A stretch of 64,000 bases of DNA from an uncultured virus (IMG/VR IMGVR_UViG_2799112289_000001). Its lineage: Duplodnaviria > Heunggongvirae > Uroviricota > Caudoviricetes. Numbering within the stretch: position 1 is the stretch's first letter; every line of letters starts with the position of its first letter. Under the pieces are notes generated by a model. That model saw only the letters and a list, made by a program, of their open reading frames with translations, ran no database searches and had not been told where the DNA came from. Below are positions 37,752 through 47,729 of the stretch, one piece after another. A program made the position numbers and the translations under genes. The stretch lies in IMG/VR virus record IMGVR_UViG_2799112289_000001, one strand, 5' to 3'.

Positions 37752-39746
37752 ATGGCCAACGAAATCCAGACTGCCTTTAACACCGTCTATGCCAAGGGTC
37801 CGATTTCCAATCCCGGCAACCCAGATAAAGACGCCATTCGAAACGTTGTCGGGGGAACGATTCAGTCGCAGTTTGACTCTCTGGCAGTCGTGGCTGCCGG
37901 CAAGTGGGTGTCCTTTGACACCAAAGCGACAATGAATGCATCGCTGGTTTATCCGGCTGACACGGAGGGCCGCGTCTACAACGATGGCGCCAACAATGGC
38001 GTCTATAAGAAAACGGGCACCTCAGGAACGGGCGCGTGGAGCTTCGTCGGTCCTATCCCTGAAAGCGACAATACCGATCTGCAGAAGACGATCGATACCG
38101 TCTCGGATACCGTCAATCAGGGTACTGGCGATGCGGCGCCGATCTTCTCTGAAGCTCGCGCCGTATGGGCTGTCACGGACGAGAATGGTCTGACGCCTTT
38201 CTTTCTCGACGAGAATGGTGAGTTTCATTTTGTGCCGTCGAACGACGTCGAAGGCGTCGCGATTGAGATTCTTGCCGGCGACATTATCTGGGGGGTGGCC
38301 GACGCGGATGGCTGGCTTTGCATGTGGGTCACTGCCGATGGGCAAGTCCACGGCGTCTCGGGGGTGGCGGATGTCTATATGGCCGCTGAGCGCGGAGCGG
38401 TTGGCGCGCGCAACATCGTGCTGGTATCGCCTGACGGCCGAACGGCGCTTCTGAGCTACGACGAGGGCGACAATTATTCGCCTCAGGTCCGGCAGAGTGA
38501 CGTTCGATGGATCGGCGGACAGTCGGGCGCGGAAACCATAAAGAGCATGCTGCTTCCGACCGCGCCAACTGCCATCCTCAATGCCGAAGTAACAGGCGTC
38601 GTGCATATTCTGACCGCAGGCCAATCTCTTTCGGTGTCTTTCCAAGGCGGTCCCGGCTTGGATACAGCGCCTCTCAACCCCGGCCGTGGGGTGATGTTCT
38701 CCGGTGGCGAGATACCAGGCAACACCCTCGACGATACGGCTGTGCTTCCGGATAGTGCACTGTCAACTTTTTCGAATGCGATCGATGGGACAGTGACCAA
38801 CGGTACCCGCGCCGTTGACGCGCTGGTGAATGCCCTGCCAAGCACGCAAGCAGTGCTTTACTCTGCTCACGGCGTCAACGGTCGGCCGTATTCGGCACTG
38901 AAAAAGGGAACGACACCCTACCGGAACTCGCTGCGCGCGGTGCTGCGTGGACGCCTCCTGGCCATGCTTGGCGGCCTGGATTTCAAGGCTCCCTACATCA
39001 ACTGGATTCAGGGCGAGAACAACTACACGGATTCGCAGACGACCTATCTCAGTCATCTGATCGAGCTGCAGTCAGACTATGACGCCGACGTCAAGGCAAT
39101 CACCGGTCAGGCTGATGATGTTGTCGTCTTCCTCAATCAGTGCTCGTCGTGGACCAAATACGCAAATCTGGCGACCGCTGATGGCGTGCCGCTGGCACAG
39201 TTGCAGGCGGCGATCGACCATCCGGACAAGTTTGTCTGTATCGGCCCAAAATATCAGTTTCCCTATTTCGACGGCGTGCACACCACCAATGTCGGTCAGC
39301 GTCGGACGTGGGAAATGCACGGTGCGGCCATGGCAGCAATTGAGGCCGGCGACCCGTGGACGCCGCTTTATCCGATCTCTGCGATACGCGCGGGAGCGGT
39401 GGTTACGGTCCTTTGCAATGTGCCTGTCGGCTCGCTGACAATTGATACGGCATTGGTGAGCGATCCCGGCGCCAAGGGTGTCAAATGGGCTGACAATGGA
39501 GACGGCAACAGCGTCACCGTCTCCTCCGTTGTGGTCGCCGATGCCACACACCTAACGGTAACGCTCAGTGCGGCGCCGACCGGCACAGGCGGCCAACTGC
39601 GTTTCGCACTCGATAGCACGGCGGGTGTCGACGCCGGCCCGACGACGGGGCCTCGCTGCTGTATCCGCGATCAATCAACGCTCGTCTCTGTCGACGGGTC
39701 ACACCTCTACAACTGGATGTGCCACAGCCAGGTCGCTGTCGCCTAA
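37752..39746 (+). CDS. Tail fibre/spike with SGNH (sialate O-acetylesterase-like) domain
   Basis: AGQSLS, WIQGE and DGVH blocks. Confidence 0.75.
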   Translation: MANEIQTAFNTVYAKGPISNPGNPDKDAIRNVVGGTIQSQFDSLAVVAAGKWVSFDTKATMNASLVYPADTEGRVYNDGANNGVYKKTGTSGTGAWSFVGPIPESDNTDLQKTIDTVSDTVNQGTGDAAPIFSEARAVWAVTDENGLTPFFLDENGEFHFVPSNDVEGVAIEILAGDIIWGVADADGWLCMWVTADGQVHGVSGVADVYMAAERGAVGARNIVLVSPDGRTALLSYDEGDNYSPQVRQSDVRWIGGQSGAETIKSMLLPTAPTAILNAEVTGVVHILTAGQSLSVSFQGGPGLDTAPLNPGRGVMFSGGEIPGNTLDDTAVLPDSALSTFSNAIDGTVTNGTRAVDALVNALPSTQAVLYSAHGVNGRPYSALKKGTTPYRNSLRAVLRGRLLAMLGGLDFKAPYINWIQGENNYTDSQTTYLSHLIELQSDYDADVKAITGQADDVVVFLNQCSSWTKYANLATADGVPLAQLQAAIDHPDKFVCIGPKYQFPYFDGVHTTNVGQRRTWEMHGAAMAAIEAGDPWTPLYPISAIRAGAVVTVLCNVPVGSLTIDTALVSDPGAKGVKWADNGDGNSVTVSSVVVADATHLTVTLSAAPTGTGGQLRFALDSTAGVDAGPTTGPRCCIRDQSTLVSVDGSHLYNWMCHSQVAVA

Positions 39747-39758
39747 AGGAGAACTTAT

Positions 39759-40544
39759 ATGGTCGCCAAGATCAGCGTCATTCCCGGATTTTTATTTCCG
39801 ACTTCGGTTCGAGCCGGCATGCGCCGGATTGGTGTCAGCGATTTCGACAGGTCCATGTCGCGGCTCGCGGGTTCCAACGGCCTAGTACACTGGATTGAGC
39901 CGGGCGATTTTTCAAATGGCGTGATCCCTGATCGCGCTTCGTCTGCACGCTTTACCTCTGGCGGCGGCACGGCCGATCCGGTAGCCACCAACATCAATGG
40001 TCAGCCTGCAGCAGGGTTTACGAATGGAGCGACCCGTTCCCTGACTGGCGATGCGCCAAAGCTAGATGGCAGTTTCAGCGTCATAATGGCATGGTCCTTC
40101 GCTAGCGGCGATATCATCAACGCCAACCGCAATCTGTGGTCCTCGGGCAGCGCTTTGTCGTCTCTGCCGTCGGCGCGCATCAACAATGCTTTGAATGGGG
40201 ACGGCAATCCGTTTGTCTTGTGGTCCAAGAATAGCAACGATCTCGACAGCGTGGCCTTTGTTCGCACCCCCGGTCTCTACATCGACGTGTTCAGTTACGA
40301 TTCCGCCACCAAGGCGGCGAAGCTTCTGGATAAAACCGGCGCTGTTGTTGTGAGCGGAACATGGACGACCGATCCGCCCGGCGGATCTCCATGGACTGTT
40401 GGTGGAGCTCTCAGCAATCCGACATTTTCCATGCAGGGGAAGATCGGCCGGACGCTGATATTCAATCAGGCACTTCACCTTGCCGGAAATGCCGATCTGC
40501 TTAGCGGCTTGCTGTCGCTAATGCGGGCGGATTACGGCGTCTGA
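39759..40544 (+). CDS. Lectin/LamG-like tail-associated protein
   Basis: Beta-rich, GKIGRTLIFNQAL; AAGGAG RBS. Confidence 0.5.
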   Translation: MVAKISVIPGFLFPTSVRAGMRRIGVSDFDRSMSRLAGSNGLVHWIEPGDFSNGVIPDRASSARFTSGGGTADPVATNINGQPAAGFTNGATRSLTGDAPKLDGSFSVIMAWSFASGDIINANRNLWSSGSALSSLPSARINNALNGDGNPFVLWSKNSNDLDSVAFVRTPGLYIDVFSYDSATKAAKLLDKTGAVVVSGTWTTDPPGGSPWTVGGALSNPTFSMQGKIGRTLIFNQALHLAGNADLLSGLLSLMRADYGV

Positions 40545-40651
40545 CATAACTCCATAAAAGTTTCGGCGATCAGATTGTGCCGATTAGTGGCCGACGCGGG
40601 CGCCTGTCCGGGATCGCGCCGCAGAACTTTCAGGCATTAAAGGGGTTGACT

Positions 40652-41284
40652 ATGGATCACGCGAAATTCTTCGCGGCGGTGCGTTCGCCGTTGTTCGGTG
40701 GGCGCCTGTCGCAAAACCAGGTGAATGGGATCGAGGCCATCCTCGATCGATGGGAGGAAAGCCCTTTCGACAACCGCTGGCTCTCCTACATGCTGGCGAC
40801 CACGTTTCACGAGAGCGACAATACGATGTGCGCCATCTCGGAAAATCTGAACTATTCTGCAGCCGGCCTCCGGGCGACGTTTCCGAAATATTTCACGGCG
40901 TCTCAGGCGGCAGCATATGCCCGCCAACCCGAGCGCATCGCCAATCACGCCTATGCTGGCCGCATGGGCAACGGCAACGAGGCCAGCGGCGACGGCTGGC
41001 GCTATCGCGGCCGAGGCCTGGTGCAGATCACAGGCCATGACAACTATGCGAAATACGGGATCGCCGATGACCCCGATAAGGCCCTCGATCCCACCAAGGC
41101 GGTCGAGATCCTGTTCGACGGCATGACCAACGGTCGGTTCACCGGTAAGAAGCTGTCTGATTTCTTCAGCGCCACGGTGACCGATTGGGTCGGCGCCCGC
41201 AAGATCATCAACGGAACCGACCGCGCCGCCGATATCGGTAGCTACGCCAAGAAATTCGCCGCTGCGATCGAAGCGGCGAAGTAA
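40652..41284 (+). CDS. Endolysin, glycoside hydrolase family 19
   Basis: HES..ENLNYS..DGWRYRGRGLVQITGHDNY..ARKIING. Confidence 0.92.
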   Translation: MDHAKFFAAVRSPLFGGRLSQNQVNGIEAILDRWEESPFDNRWLSYMLATTFHESDNTMCAISENLNYSAAGLRATFPKYFTASQAAAYARQPERIANHAYAGRMGNGNEASGDGWRYRGRGLVQITGHDNYAKYGIADDPDKALDPTKAVEILFDGMTNGRFTGKKLSDFFSATVTDWVGARKIINGTDRAADIGSYAKKFAAAIEAAK

Positions 41285-41342
41285 AGCCTGAACCGGCCGC
41301 GCGGTTCGCGGCAAGTCCTCCCAACTTCGAAGGATATCCCTA

Positions 41343-41660
41343 ATGCGTGCATTGCTTATCGCAATGGCGGCCGGCGTAGCTCTGTCCGGTTGTCAGACCA
41401 CCAAAATCGATACCGCAATTCAGCAGAACTTGCCGAAGGCATGTTCGGCGCTGGAAACGGCTCACGTCGCCTTCGCCGCGATCGCCGCCCTCGGCAATGT
41501 CAATCATAGCGCCGTCGTCAAGGAACAGGCTGCTTACGATGGCGTCGAGGTCATCTGCACCGATCCTGCCAACACAACCGTCGCTGATGCGTTGGTGCAC
41601 GTCGCGCAGGCCTACGTCGTCGTCTCGACGGCGCTGAATGCCGCCAAGGCGGCGAACTAG
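41343..41660 (+). CDS. Lipoprotein in lysis cassette
   Basis: Lipobox LSGC. Confidence 0.75.
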   Translation: MRALLIAMAAGVALSGCQTTKIDTAIQQNLPKACSALETAHVAFAAIAALGNVNHSAVVKEQAAYDGVEVICTDPANTTVADALVHVAQAYVVVSTALNAAKAAN

Positions 41661-41706
41661 CGCGCCGTCGCTCTCGCTTCTATCTCGATCCGAAAAGGAA
41701 CCTCCC

Positions 41707-42228
41707 ATGAAACTCCTCCACATGCTGGCGGGCCTAGTGCTCGGCCTCGCTTTCATCGTCATGCCGGCGTCCGCCTTTGCGGAGGACGCTTCCGCACCGG
41801 CCGTTTCGATCATCGACCAATCGTCCTGGCTGTATGTTGTCTGGACCATCGTGCAGCCGATCGTCACGTTGCTCGTGACGCTGTTCGGGCCGGTGCTTCT
41901 TGCTCTCATTGTGGGCTACCTGGTGAAGCTGCTGAAGATCACAGATGCCAATCAGCAGGCTGCGCTCGAGGCGCAGCTCAGCGCCGCGCTTCATCAATCC
42001 GCGGCGAACGCCGTGAAGTTCGCGTTGGGCAAGCTGGGGCTGCCGGCATCCTCTGCCCTGATGTCCGACGTCATCTCGCTTGCGGCGTCGTATGTCCAGG
42101 ACAAGAACCCGGATGCACTCGCGAAGCTCGGCGTCAATGCTTCGAAGCTGCAGGATATCATCACCGCCAAGGCGCATGATATTGCCAGCGCGCCTCCGGA
42201 CGCGGCTCCGGCTGCCGCGGCGAAGTAA
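41707..42228 (+). CDS. Holin-like membrane protein
   Basis: Signal-like N-terminus plus long hydrophobic segment. Confidence 0.55.
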   Translation: MKLLHMLAGLVLGLAFIVMPASAFAEDASAPAVSIIDQSSWLYVVWTIVQPIVTLLVTLFGPVLLALIVGYLVKLLKITDANQQAALEAQLSAALHQSAANAVKFALGKLGLPASSALMSDVISLAASYVQDKNPDALAKLGVNASKLQDIITAKAHDIASAPPDAAPAAAAK

Positions 42229-42311
42229 TCTTTATCTTGAAGGGCTGCGCTGGCCGCGCGGCCCTTCGCCTATCGCCAGCGACTTGCATCCGAAGGGGCA
42301 TCTGAACATCA

Positions 42312-42812
42312 ATGAATGAGGACACCATGCAGATCGAGATCGAAAAGCCTCGGATAAATCCCGTCCACTTCATCGCGATCGTCGGCGGCATCATCGTCAA
42401 CGCCTTTGTCCTCGGTGGCGTCTGGGTGAGCCTCAACAACACGATCGACGATCTGAAGAAGACGCAGGCTGATCTGGCCATTCGTTTTGACCAGGAGGCG
42501 GCCGATCGAAAGGACCGGCAGAAATCCTACCAGCAAACGTTGGACGGCATGAACACGCAGATCGGGGAGATCCAGCCGCTACAGTTCCAGCAGTCGCGGA
42601 TCATCGAGCAGATCACAGAAAACAAGACGGCTGTAGCGGAGACCAACAAGCGCATCGATCGGGTGGTCGAATCCTTCGGCGGGAAGCTCGATACCGTTAT
42701 CGACAACGTTAATAAGGTGGCGACGCAGGTTCAGGTGTTAAGTTCGAAGCTCGACGACGTGCAGGGAAAGAGCGACAAGACGATATTCAGGACGCCGATC
42801 GTGAGGCCTTGA
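42312..42812 (+). CDS. Single-TM coiled-coil protein of lysis cassette
   Basis: N-terminal TM then long heptad region. Confidence 0.65.
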   Translation: MNEDTMQIEIEKPRINPVHFIAIVGGIIVNAFVLGGVWVSLNNTIDDLKKTQADLAIRFDQEAADRKDRQKSYQQTLDGMNTQIGEIQPLQFQQSRIIEQITENKTAVAETNKRIDRVVESFGGKLDTVIDNVNKVATQVQVLSSKLDDVQGKSDKTIFRTPIVRP

Positions 42813-42822
42813 ACCAGTGCGG

Positions 42823-43044
42823 TCATTTATCAATCAAAGCGAGCAGGTGCTTCAATGGTCCCATTCCGTGCGGGGACTCTACGAGACCGAACGATAGCAG
42901 TTTATGCAGATCGTTAACAATCTCGGTTCGTCCGATGATATCTTTCTCGATGAGGTTCTCGCATATCTTAGCGACGATCGCGGTTTGCGTGGCCATCATT
43001 GCTGCAATAGTTTCATCTGTGAATTTGATACGATTTGAAGCCAC
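42823..43044 (-). CDS. Hypothetical protein
   Basis: 73 aa, GTG start. Confidence 0.5.
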   Translation of the reverse strand: MASNRIKFTDETIAAMMATQTAIVAKICENLIEKDIIGRTEIVNDLHKLLSFGLVESPHGMGPLKHLLALIDK

Positions 43045-43125
43045 TCAAAAGGTCCTTTTTGATTGCGTTTCCGCTCTTCTATGCCGCCGCGATATGGTCA
43101 TATCAGGGGCAACAAGCTCTTGTTT

Positions 43126-43773
43126 CTAATATATGGTCAATCTCAGATGAGAGTATAGCGTATTCATGGCTTCGGTAGCCGAGGTCTTGCCAGCATCGAG
43201 CGTTATGTCCGGACGTTCCGGTATTTCAAATGCGCTGTCTATTCCAGTGAAGTTCTTGATCTTGCCTGCGCGTGCTTGAACATAAAGCCCTTTCACATCG
43301 CGCGCCTCGCAAATTTCCAAAGGCGTGCTTATATATGTTTCGATAAAATTGATATCGCCGGCTATTTCTCGCGCTATTTTTCGTTCGTTTTGAAACGGGG
43401 AAATCAAGGCGACGAGCACAATAAGCCCTGCCTCTGCCATTAGGCGCGCTACCTCGGCGACCCTCCTCACGTTCTCCGAACGAGATTTGTCGGAGAAGTC
43501 TAAATCTTTATTGAGGCCACAACGGACGTTGTCTCCGTCTAGGATGAACGCATGCTTGCCATCGGCGGTGAGGCGCTTTTCAAGGAGGTTAGCGATTGTC
43601 GACTTGCCCGAGCCCGAAAGACCCGTAAACCATATTATAGCAGGCGTTTGCCCTTTCATTCTCGCGCGCAATTCTCTTGTTACGTCAAAGTCTTGATAAG
43701 TAAGATTTTGCGTATCACTCCAGCTCTGCGAGACCATTCCACCTTCCAAATCGATGTTCGAAATTCGATTCAT
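43126..43773 (-). CDS. cysC: Adenylyl-sulfate (APS) kinase
   Basis: WFTGLSGSGKSTIA, LDGDNVR, ISPF, RDVKGLY, NFTGIDS. Confidence 0.95.
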   Translation of the reverse strand: MNRISNIDLEGGMVSQSWSDTQNLTYQDFDVTRELRARMKGQTPAIIWFTGLSGSGKSTIANLLEKRLTADGKHAFILDGDNVRCGLNKDLDFSDKSRSENVRRVAEVARLMAEAGLIVLVALISPFQNERKIAREIAGDINFIETYISTPLEICEARDVKGLYVQARAGKIKNFTGIDSAFEIPERPDITLDAGKTSATEAMNTLYSHLRLTIY

Positions 43774-44003
43774 AAATATAAAACTCCTGGCTGCTTATTT
43801 ATTCAATAAATGCATCAAAAAACAGCGTCTATTAAAAACCTAGTTGAAACGGGCAGTCGAGTGCAACCGACTATCTGGGTTGGTGTCGAATTGGACGCAG
43901 TTACCTCAGTTTTGGCCACGTATCTATATGCTAGCCAGAAAAGCACCAGGAACAACGCGCCGCGTGCAGCGAAACCGTCCGCTCAGATCCCAGGAATTCT
44001 CTT

Positions 44004-45668
44004 ATGAAAAAGCCCGCGAACCATTTTCTGTTTCTTTTTCTGATACCGGCACTTTTGGCGTCCAAGGTTAGCGCCCGACAGCTGGTGTCGGATAGTGGCA
44101 TCGAGAGGAACTCGAACATTTTCGGCGACTTTGTTGGGACAATCGCCGTTCCACCGCCAATTAACAAGGAGAACTCTGTCTACCCAGTCAGATTTGAGAG
44201 ATTGCCGGCCTCCCGATTGTCTGGTTCTTATCCTAGCGTCGCGCAAATCAACGAATCTTTGTTCGGCAATAGCGCTTCCAATCCATTTGTTGGCAGCAAT
44301 GCCAATGTACCCTTTTCACTCCGCGCGGACGGTAAAGAGTTTCTTCGAGGCTTCGATGCCGGTGGAAAAATGCGCGTTTGGGGGAAATATACGAACGACC
44401 GCAACTCACAAGAATGGTTCAACCGCGGCCAATTAGTCATTGGCTCGGAGGGTTCCAACAACGCAATTATCGGCTTTGTATCAAACAATCTTCTACCTGC
44501 CACGCTGTCGTTCCCAACTGCTATAACGGGGATCTCCTACAACAAGGGGACTGGTAACGCCGCGTTCAGCATGTATGGAGAAACCCATGCAACGGTTCCC
44601 GGACTGGCTATTGGAGCGGAGTTCGCAGCTTTCCAAGATGGTAATCCGGCGCCACGGGATTTGCCATTCGACAATTCCATTGGCACCCCCCAGACTATCG
44701 CCAAGTCACTTCAACTCACGGCTGGTTCTAGCACAAAAATGGCGTTCAACGGGGATCTGACAAACGGGTCTTCCACGATCTCAAACCTCTCGTCGGCGGC
44801 TGGTTTGTTTGTTGGTCAATTGGTGGAAGGCACTGGAATTCCCTGGGCTTCAACTATCTTAACGATAAACGCGGCAACTTCTTCCGTGACTATTAGTGCG
44901 AATGCAACACTGTCGCGCAAACAGGCTGCTTTACACGCTGTAAGCCCTGCTGGCGTTGCAACTGAAGTTGGTCGAGAAGGCTCGACAAGCGGCATCTTCC
45001 AGACGGCTAATTTCGTTCAGAGGGATGCGGCGCTGCAGTGGTCCTATTATCAGGATAACAGCAATCAGACTGGACCTCGCAACGGGATGTACCTTGGCTA
45101 CAACGGAGTTGGGATCGGGGCAATCTTTCAGCCAAGTGTCAATGTAAATGGTAATAATGCTGTAATTTCAATAAATAATGCCTCTGGCGTATCACAGGCC
45201 AGCGTTCGCCAAAACGGACAGGCTTACTTTGGTAGCTCTACAACCGTCGGATCAGCACTAACTTTACAAAACGCTGAGGGCACGTGTACGCTAACACCTA
45301 CAGCTACTTCGACCGCATTCGCCTGTGCCTCCGATGAACTCTTGAAGAAAAACATCACCGACGCACGTTTTGTGTTGGACTGGATCTCTTCTTTCCGGAT
45401 TCGTGAATATAATCTCAAATCAACCGGACAACATTTATTCGGTGTAATCGCTCAGGAAGTGCAGAAGATCCACCCTAAGATGGTACATGTCGCTGACGAT
45501 GGCACGCTATTGTTGGACGCGCCAAATCAGTGGGTTCTCGTCAAAGGAATTCAAGAGCTTCGTAGCGAGAACGATAGTCTTAAACTTGAATTGCGGATAG
45601 TAGAGATGATTGGCGCAGTGGGGTTTCTCGGATTAGCTTGGCGCAATTTCAGTCGCAAAAAGATCTAA
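44004..45668 (+). CDS. Secreted fibre-like protein with peptidase S74 chaperone domain and C-terminal membrane anchor
   Basis: Signal peptide MKK..VSA; SDELLKKNI, GVIAQEV, LVKGIQEL; hydrophobic end followed by RKK. Confidence 0.8.
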   Translation: MKKPANHFLFLFLIPALLASKVSARQLVSDSGIERNSNIFGDFVGTIAVPPPINKENSVYPVRFERLPASRLSGSYPSVAQINESLFGNSASNPFVGSNANVPFSLRADGKEFLRGFDAGGKMRVWGKYTNDRNSQEWFNRGQLVIGSEGSNNAIIGFVSNNLLPATLSFPTAITGISYNKGTGNAAFSMYGETHATVPGLAIGAEFAAFQDGNPAPRDLPFDNSIGTPQTIAKSLQLTAGSSTKMAFNGDLTNGSSTISNLSSAAGLFVGQLVEGTGIPWASTILTINAATSSVTISANATLSRKQAALHAVSPAGVATEVGREGSTSGIFQTANFVQRDAALQWSYYQDNSNQTGPRNGMYLGYNGVGIGAIFQPSVNVNGNNAVISINNASGVSQASVRQNGQAYFGSSTTVGSALTLQNAEGTCTLTPTATSTAFACASDELLKKNITDARFVLDWISSFRIREYNLKSTGQHLFGVIAQEVQKIHPKMVHVADDGTLLLDAPNQWVLVKGIQELRSENDSLKLELRIVEMIGAVGFLGLAWRNFSRKKI

Positions 45669-46068
45669 CTATTATGTGAGTGGCTTCCGACACACGAGAA
45701 CGTCTGATTTCGAGCGCCTGCCTCTCCATAGGGGGCTCTCAACGCTCCCCTCCCAGAAATAGCCGCATTCACGATCGTTGGGAGGAAGGTCAAGGATTTC
45801 CTCGAACATAGCCGGAGCGGCGCGAGGAAGCGCGCGGCATGATGCTGATGAAATACCCGCAGATCGTCCACGATGCCACACAGGCGCGGCTCGCCAAGAT
45901 GACAGGCGAGCCGGCGAAATGGCCGCGTCGCTTCCAAGCGCCCATCAGATGGATTTGATCCAATAACCATCGACGAATGAGAATTCGGAATCGCTAAAGA
46001 AGTTTTAGCTAATAGTCTTGACCTGAGGATCAAGGACTCTCAGCAGCCTAATGTCACGTTTCTAAGTA

Positions 46069-47226
46069 TTATTCGCCTGTTGGAACTGCAAACCCGAGCG
46101 ATCGAGTATCGGAATTCAAACCTAGTTCGGCTGGGACAACAGGTTTCCCGGTGGTAAGCCAAACATTTATCCAAAAGTGGTCGTCATTCATGAATGTGAA
46201 GCAAAGCTTTCCATCTTTGTAGTTGCCCAAGTAGCGCTTTATACCCACATCGACAACGCACTTTTTGAGGATATCGTCGTTCACTACTGCAGCGACTGGT
46301 ATATCGATAGTGTTCATGCCCGGCTTGAAGCGATATTGGCCCAAGCAAATCTTGAAGGAACTTGACCAGCGATATTGCCGACCATCAATCACTTCAACCT
46401 CGTGCCATTCGCCATTGGTGTTGAAACTTTGCCTCGGCGCGTAAATGACGGTTCGATAGTTTGCGATGTTGAGGTTCTTCTTGATCTCTTGAACGTGAGA
46501 AGAAGCATCCGTTCGATAGAGCAGTAGGTAACTATCATTCCGGCCATATGTCAGTCCGCGAGCATCGCAATAGCGCTGGATTGTCGTGTCGCTATAGAAA
46601 CCGATGTGGCCGTTTCGAGGCGCGACATACCACCACTGAGCCCGTATTTCCTTGAATTTATCGGGCTGCATGCTCTGGCTAATGACGATACAGCCGTCGT
46701 CATTCATGAAGCTCAGCATTTCATCAAACGTTGCTACGGGAGTGGGGCTATGCTCGATAACCTCGAAAGCGGTGACCACATCAAACTTGCGATCGGGGCG
46801 CACAGGCTGCGAAAAGGGGTCGTAAACCTGAAACGCAATACCTTTTGACCGCATCTCTTCAGCGAAGATTCCGGCGCCGCCGCCATAATCAAGGCAATCA
46901 AGATCGTTCTTGCTGATGGAGAATACCGACGACATCTGCGTTGCCATCTGACGGGGGCGAGTGCCTGTGTAGTCGGGATCGGCCTTCACGTAGTCTGCGT
47001 TGTACACAAATTGCGCGAATTCTTCAGACGACCAATCGTCAAAGAAATCAGTGAAGGTGTATTCACACGCGTTGCATCTAAAATATTGGATAAGCACTCC
47101 GGATCGGCCAAACCCATAGCCATTGCAGGCCTTGTTGAAGTCGCAGTAGTCGAAATGATTGGCCTCATAGCCACACATCTTGCAGGCGCGAGATGAATGA
47201 ATCCCCGGCCTGGTGTCGCTTTCCAT
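46069..47226 (-). CDS. Class I SAM-dependent methyltransferase with N-terminal Cys cluster and C-terminal beta domain
   Basis: CKMC..CNAC; LDYGGGAG; FDVVTAFEVIEH; start uncertain (ORF open to 47373). Confidence 0.88.
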   Translation of the reverse strand: MESDTRPGIHSSRACKMCGYEANHFDYCDFNKACNGYGFGRSGVLIQYFRCNACEYTFTDFFDDWSSEEFAQFVYNADYVKADPDYTGTRPRQMATQMSSVFSISKNDLDCLDYGGGAGIFAEEMRSKGIAFQVYDPFSQPVRPDRKFDVVTAFEVIEHSPTPVATFDEMLSFMNDDGCIVISQSMQPDKFKEIRAQWWYVAPRNGHIGFYSDTTIQRYCDARGLTYGRNDSYLLLYRTDASSHVQEIKKNLNIANYRTVIYAPRQSFNTNGEWHEVEVIDGRQYRWSSSFKICLGQYRFKPGMNTIDIPVAAVVNDDILKKCVVDVGIKRYLGNYKDGKLCFTFMNDDHFWINVWLTTGKPVVPAELGLNSDTRSLGFAVPTGE

Positions 47227-47429
47227 AGCCGTGAGGGCAGCGCGTATCGAATTTTGCACGTAAATTCCCTTTATAAAAATCCTGCCGTCGAAATAGCCAA
47301 GCCCAAAAGATGGCGCAAGCGCTCTGGTCGTATCAGTGATACCATCGTTAAGAGTGGTTTTTTCGTCAACCACAGAGTGATAGACGAAGAAAAATTTTGC
47401 CCATCTCCCGGTGTGATGCTAGTCGTACA

Positions 47430-47729
47430 TCCGCATTCTACAATCCGCGAATGGTTCCAAGTGCTGAAATTAGGCGGGTTTCTAGTCTGTTTTGCTCCGC
47501 ATCAGTACCTTTACGAGAAGCGCAAATTTCTGCCGTCTGCTTTCAACCCTTTTCATGCGCATCTTTTCACACCGGCCAGGCTGCTTCGGTTGTTTGAAGA
47601 AGCGCTCGAGCCGAATAGCTATCGGCTGCGTCATCTACAAGACAATGACCCGAAAAGCACTCCGTTGGATGCTATGAGTTTGAAATTGTGATCGAGAAGA
47701 TCGCTAAGCCACAATGGGATTTGGCGTGA
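47430..47729 (+). pseudogene. Truncated, frameshifted methyltransferase remnant
   Basis: IREWFQVLKLGGFL..PHQYLYEK C-terminal half only; GCYEFEIVIEKIAKPQWDLA continues in another frame. Confidence 0.6.

Noticed and set aside
35468..45668. Diversity-generating retroelement or invertible tail-fibre cassette
   Set aside because: No RT or invertase, and no template/variable repeat pair noticed
44004..45668. PEP-CTERM sorting signal
   Set aside because: Hydrophobic-plus-basic tail is present but there is no PEP motif and no exosortase in the window
45680..45980. GC-richer patch inside the cargo, possibly an IS or gene remnant
   Set aside because: No terminal repeats or recognisable motif; cannot be supported
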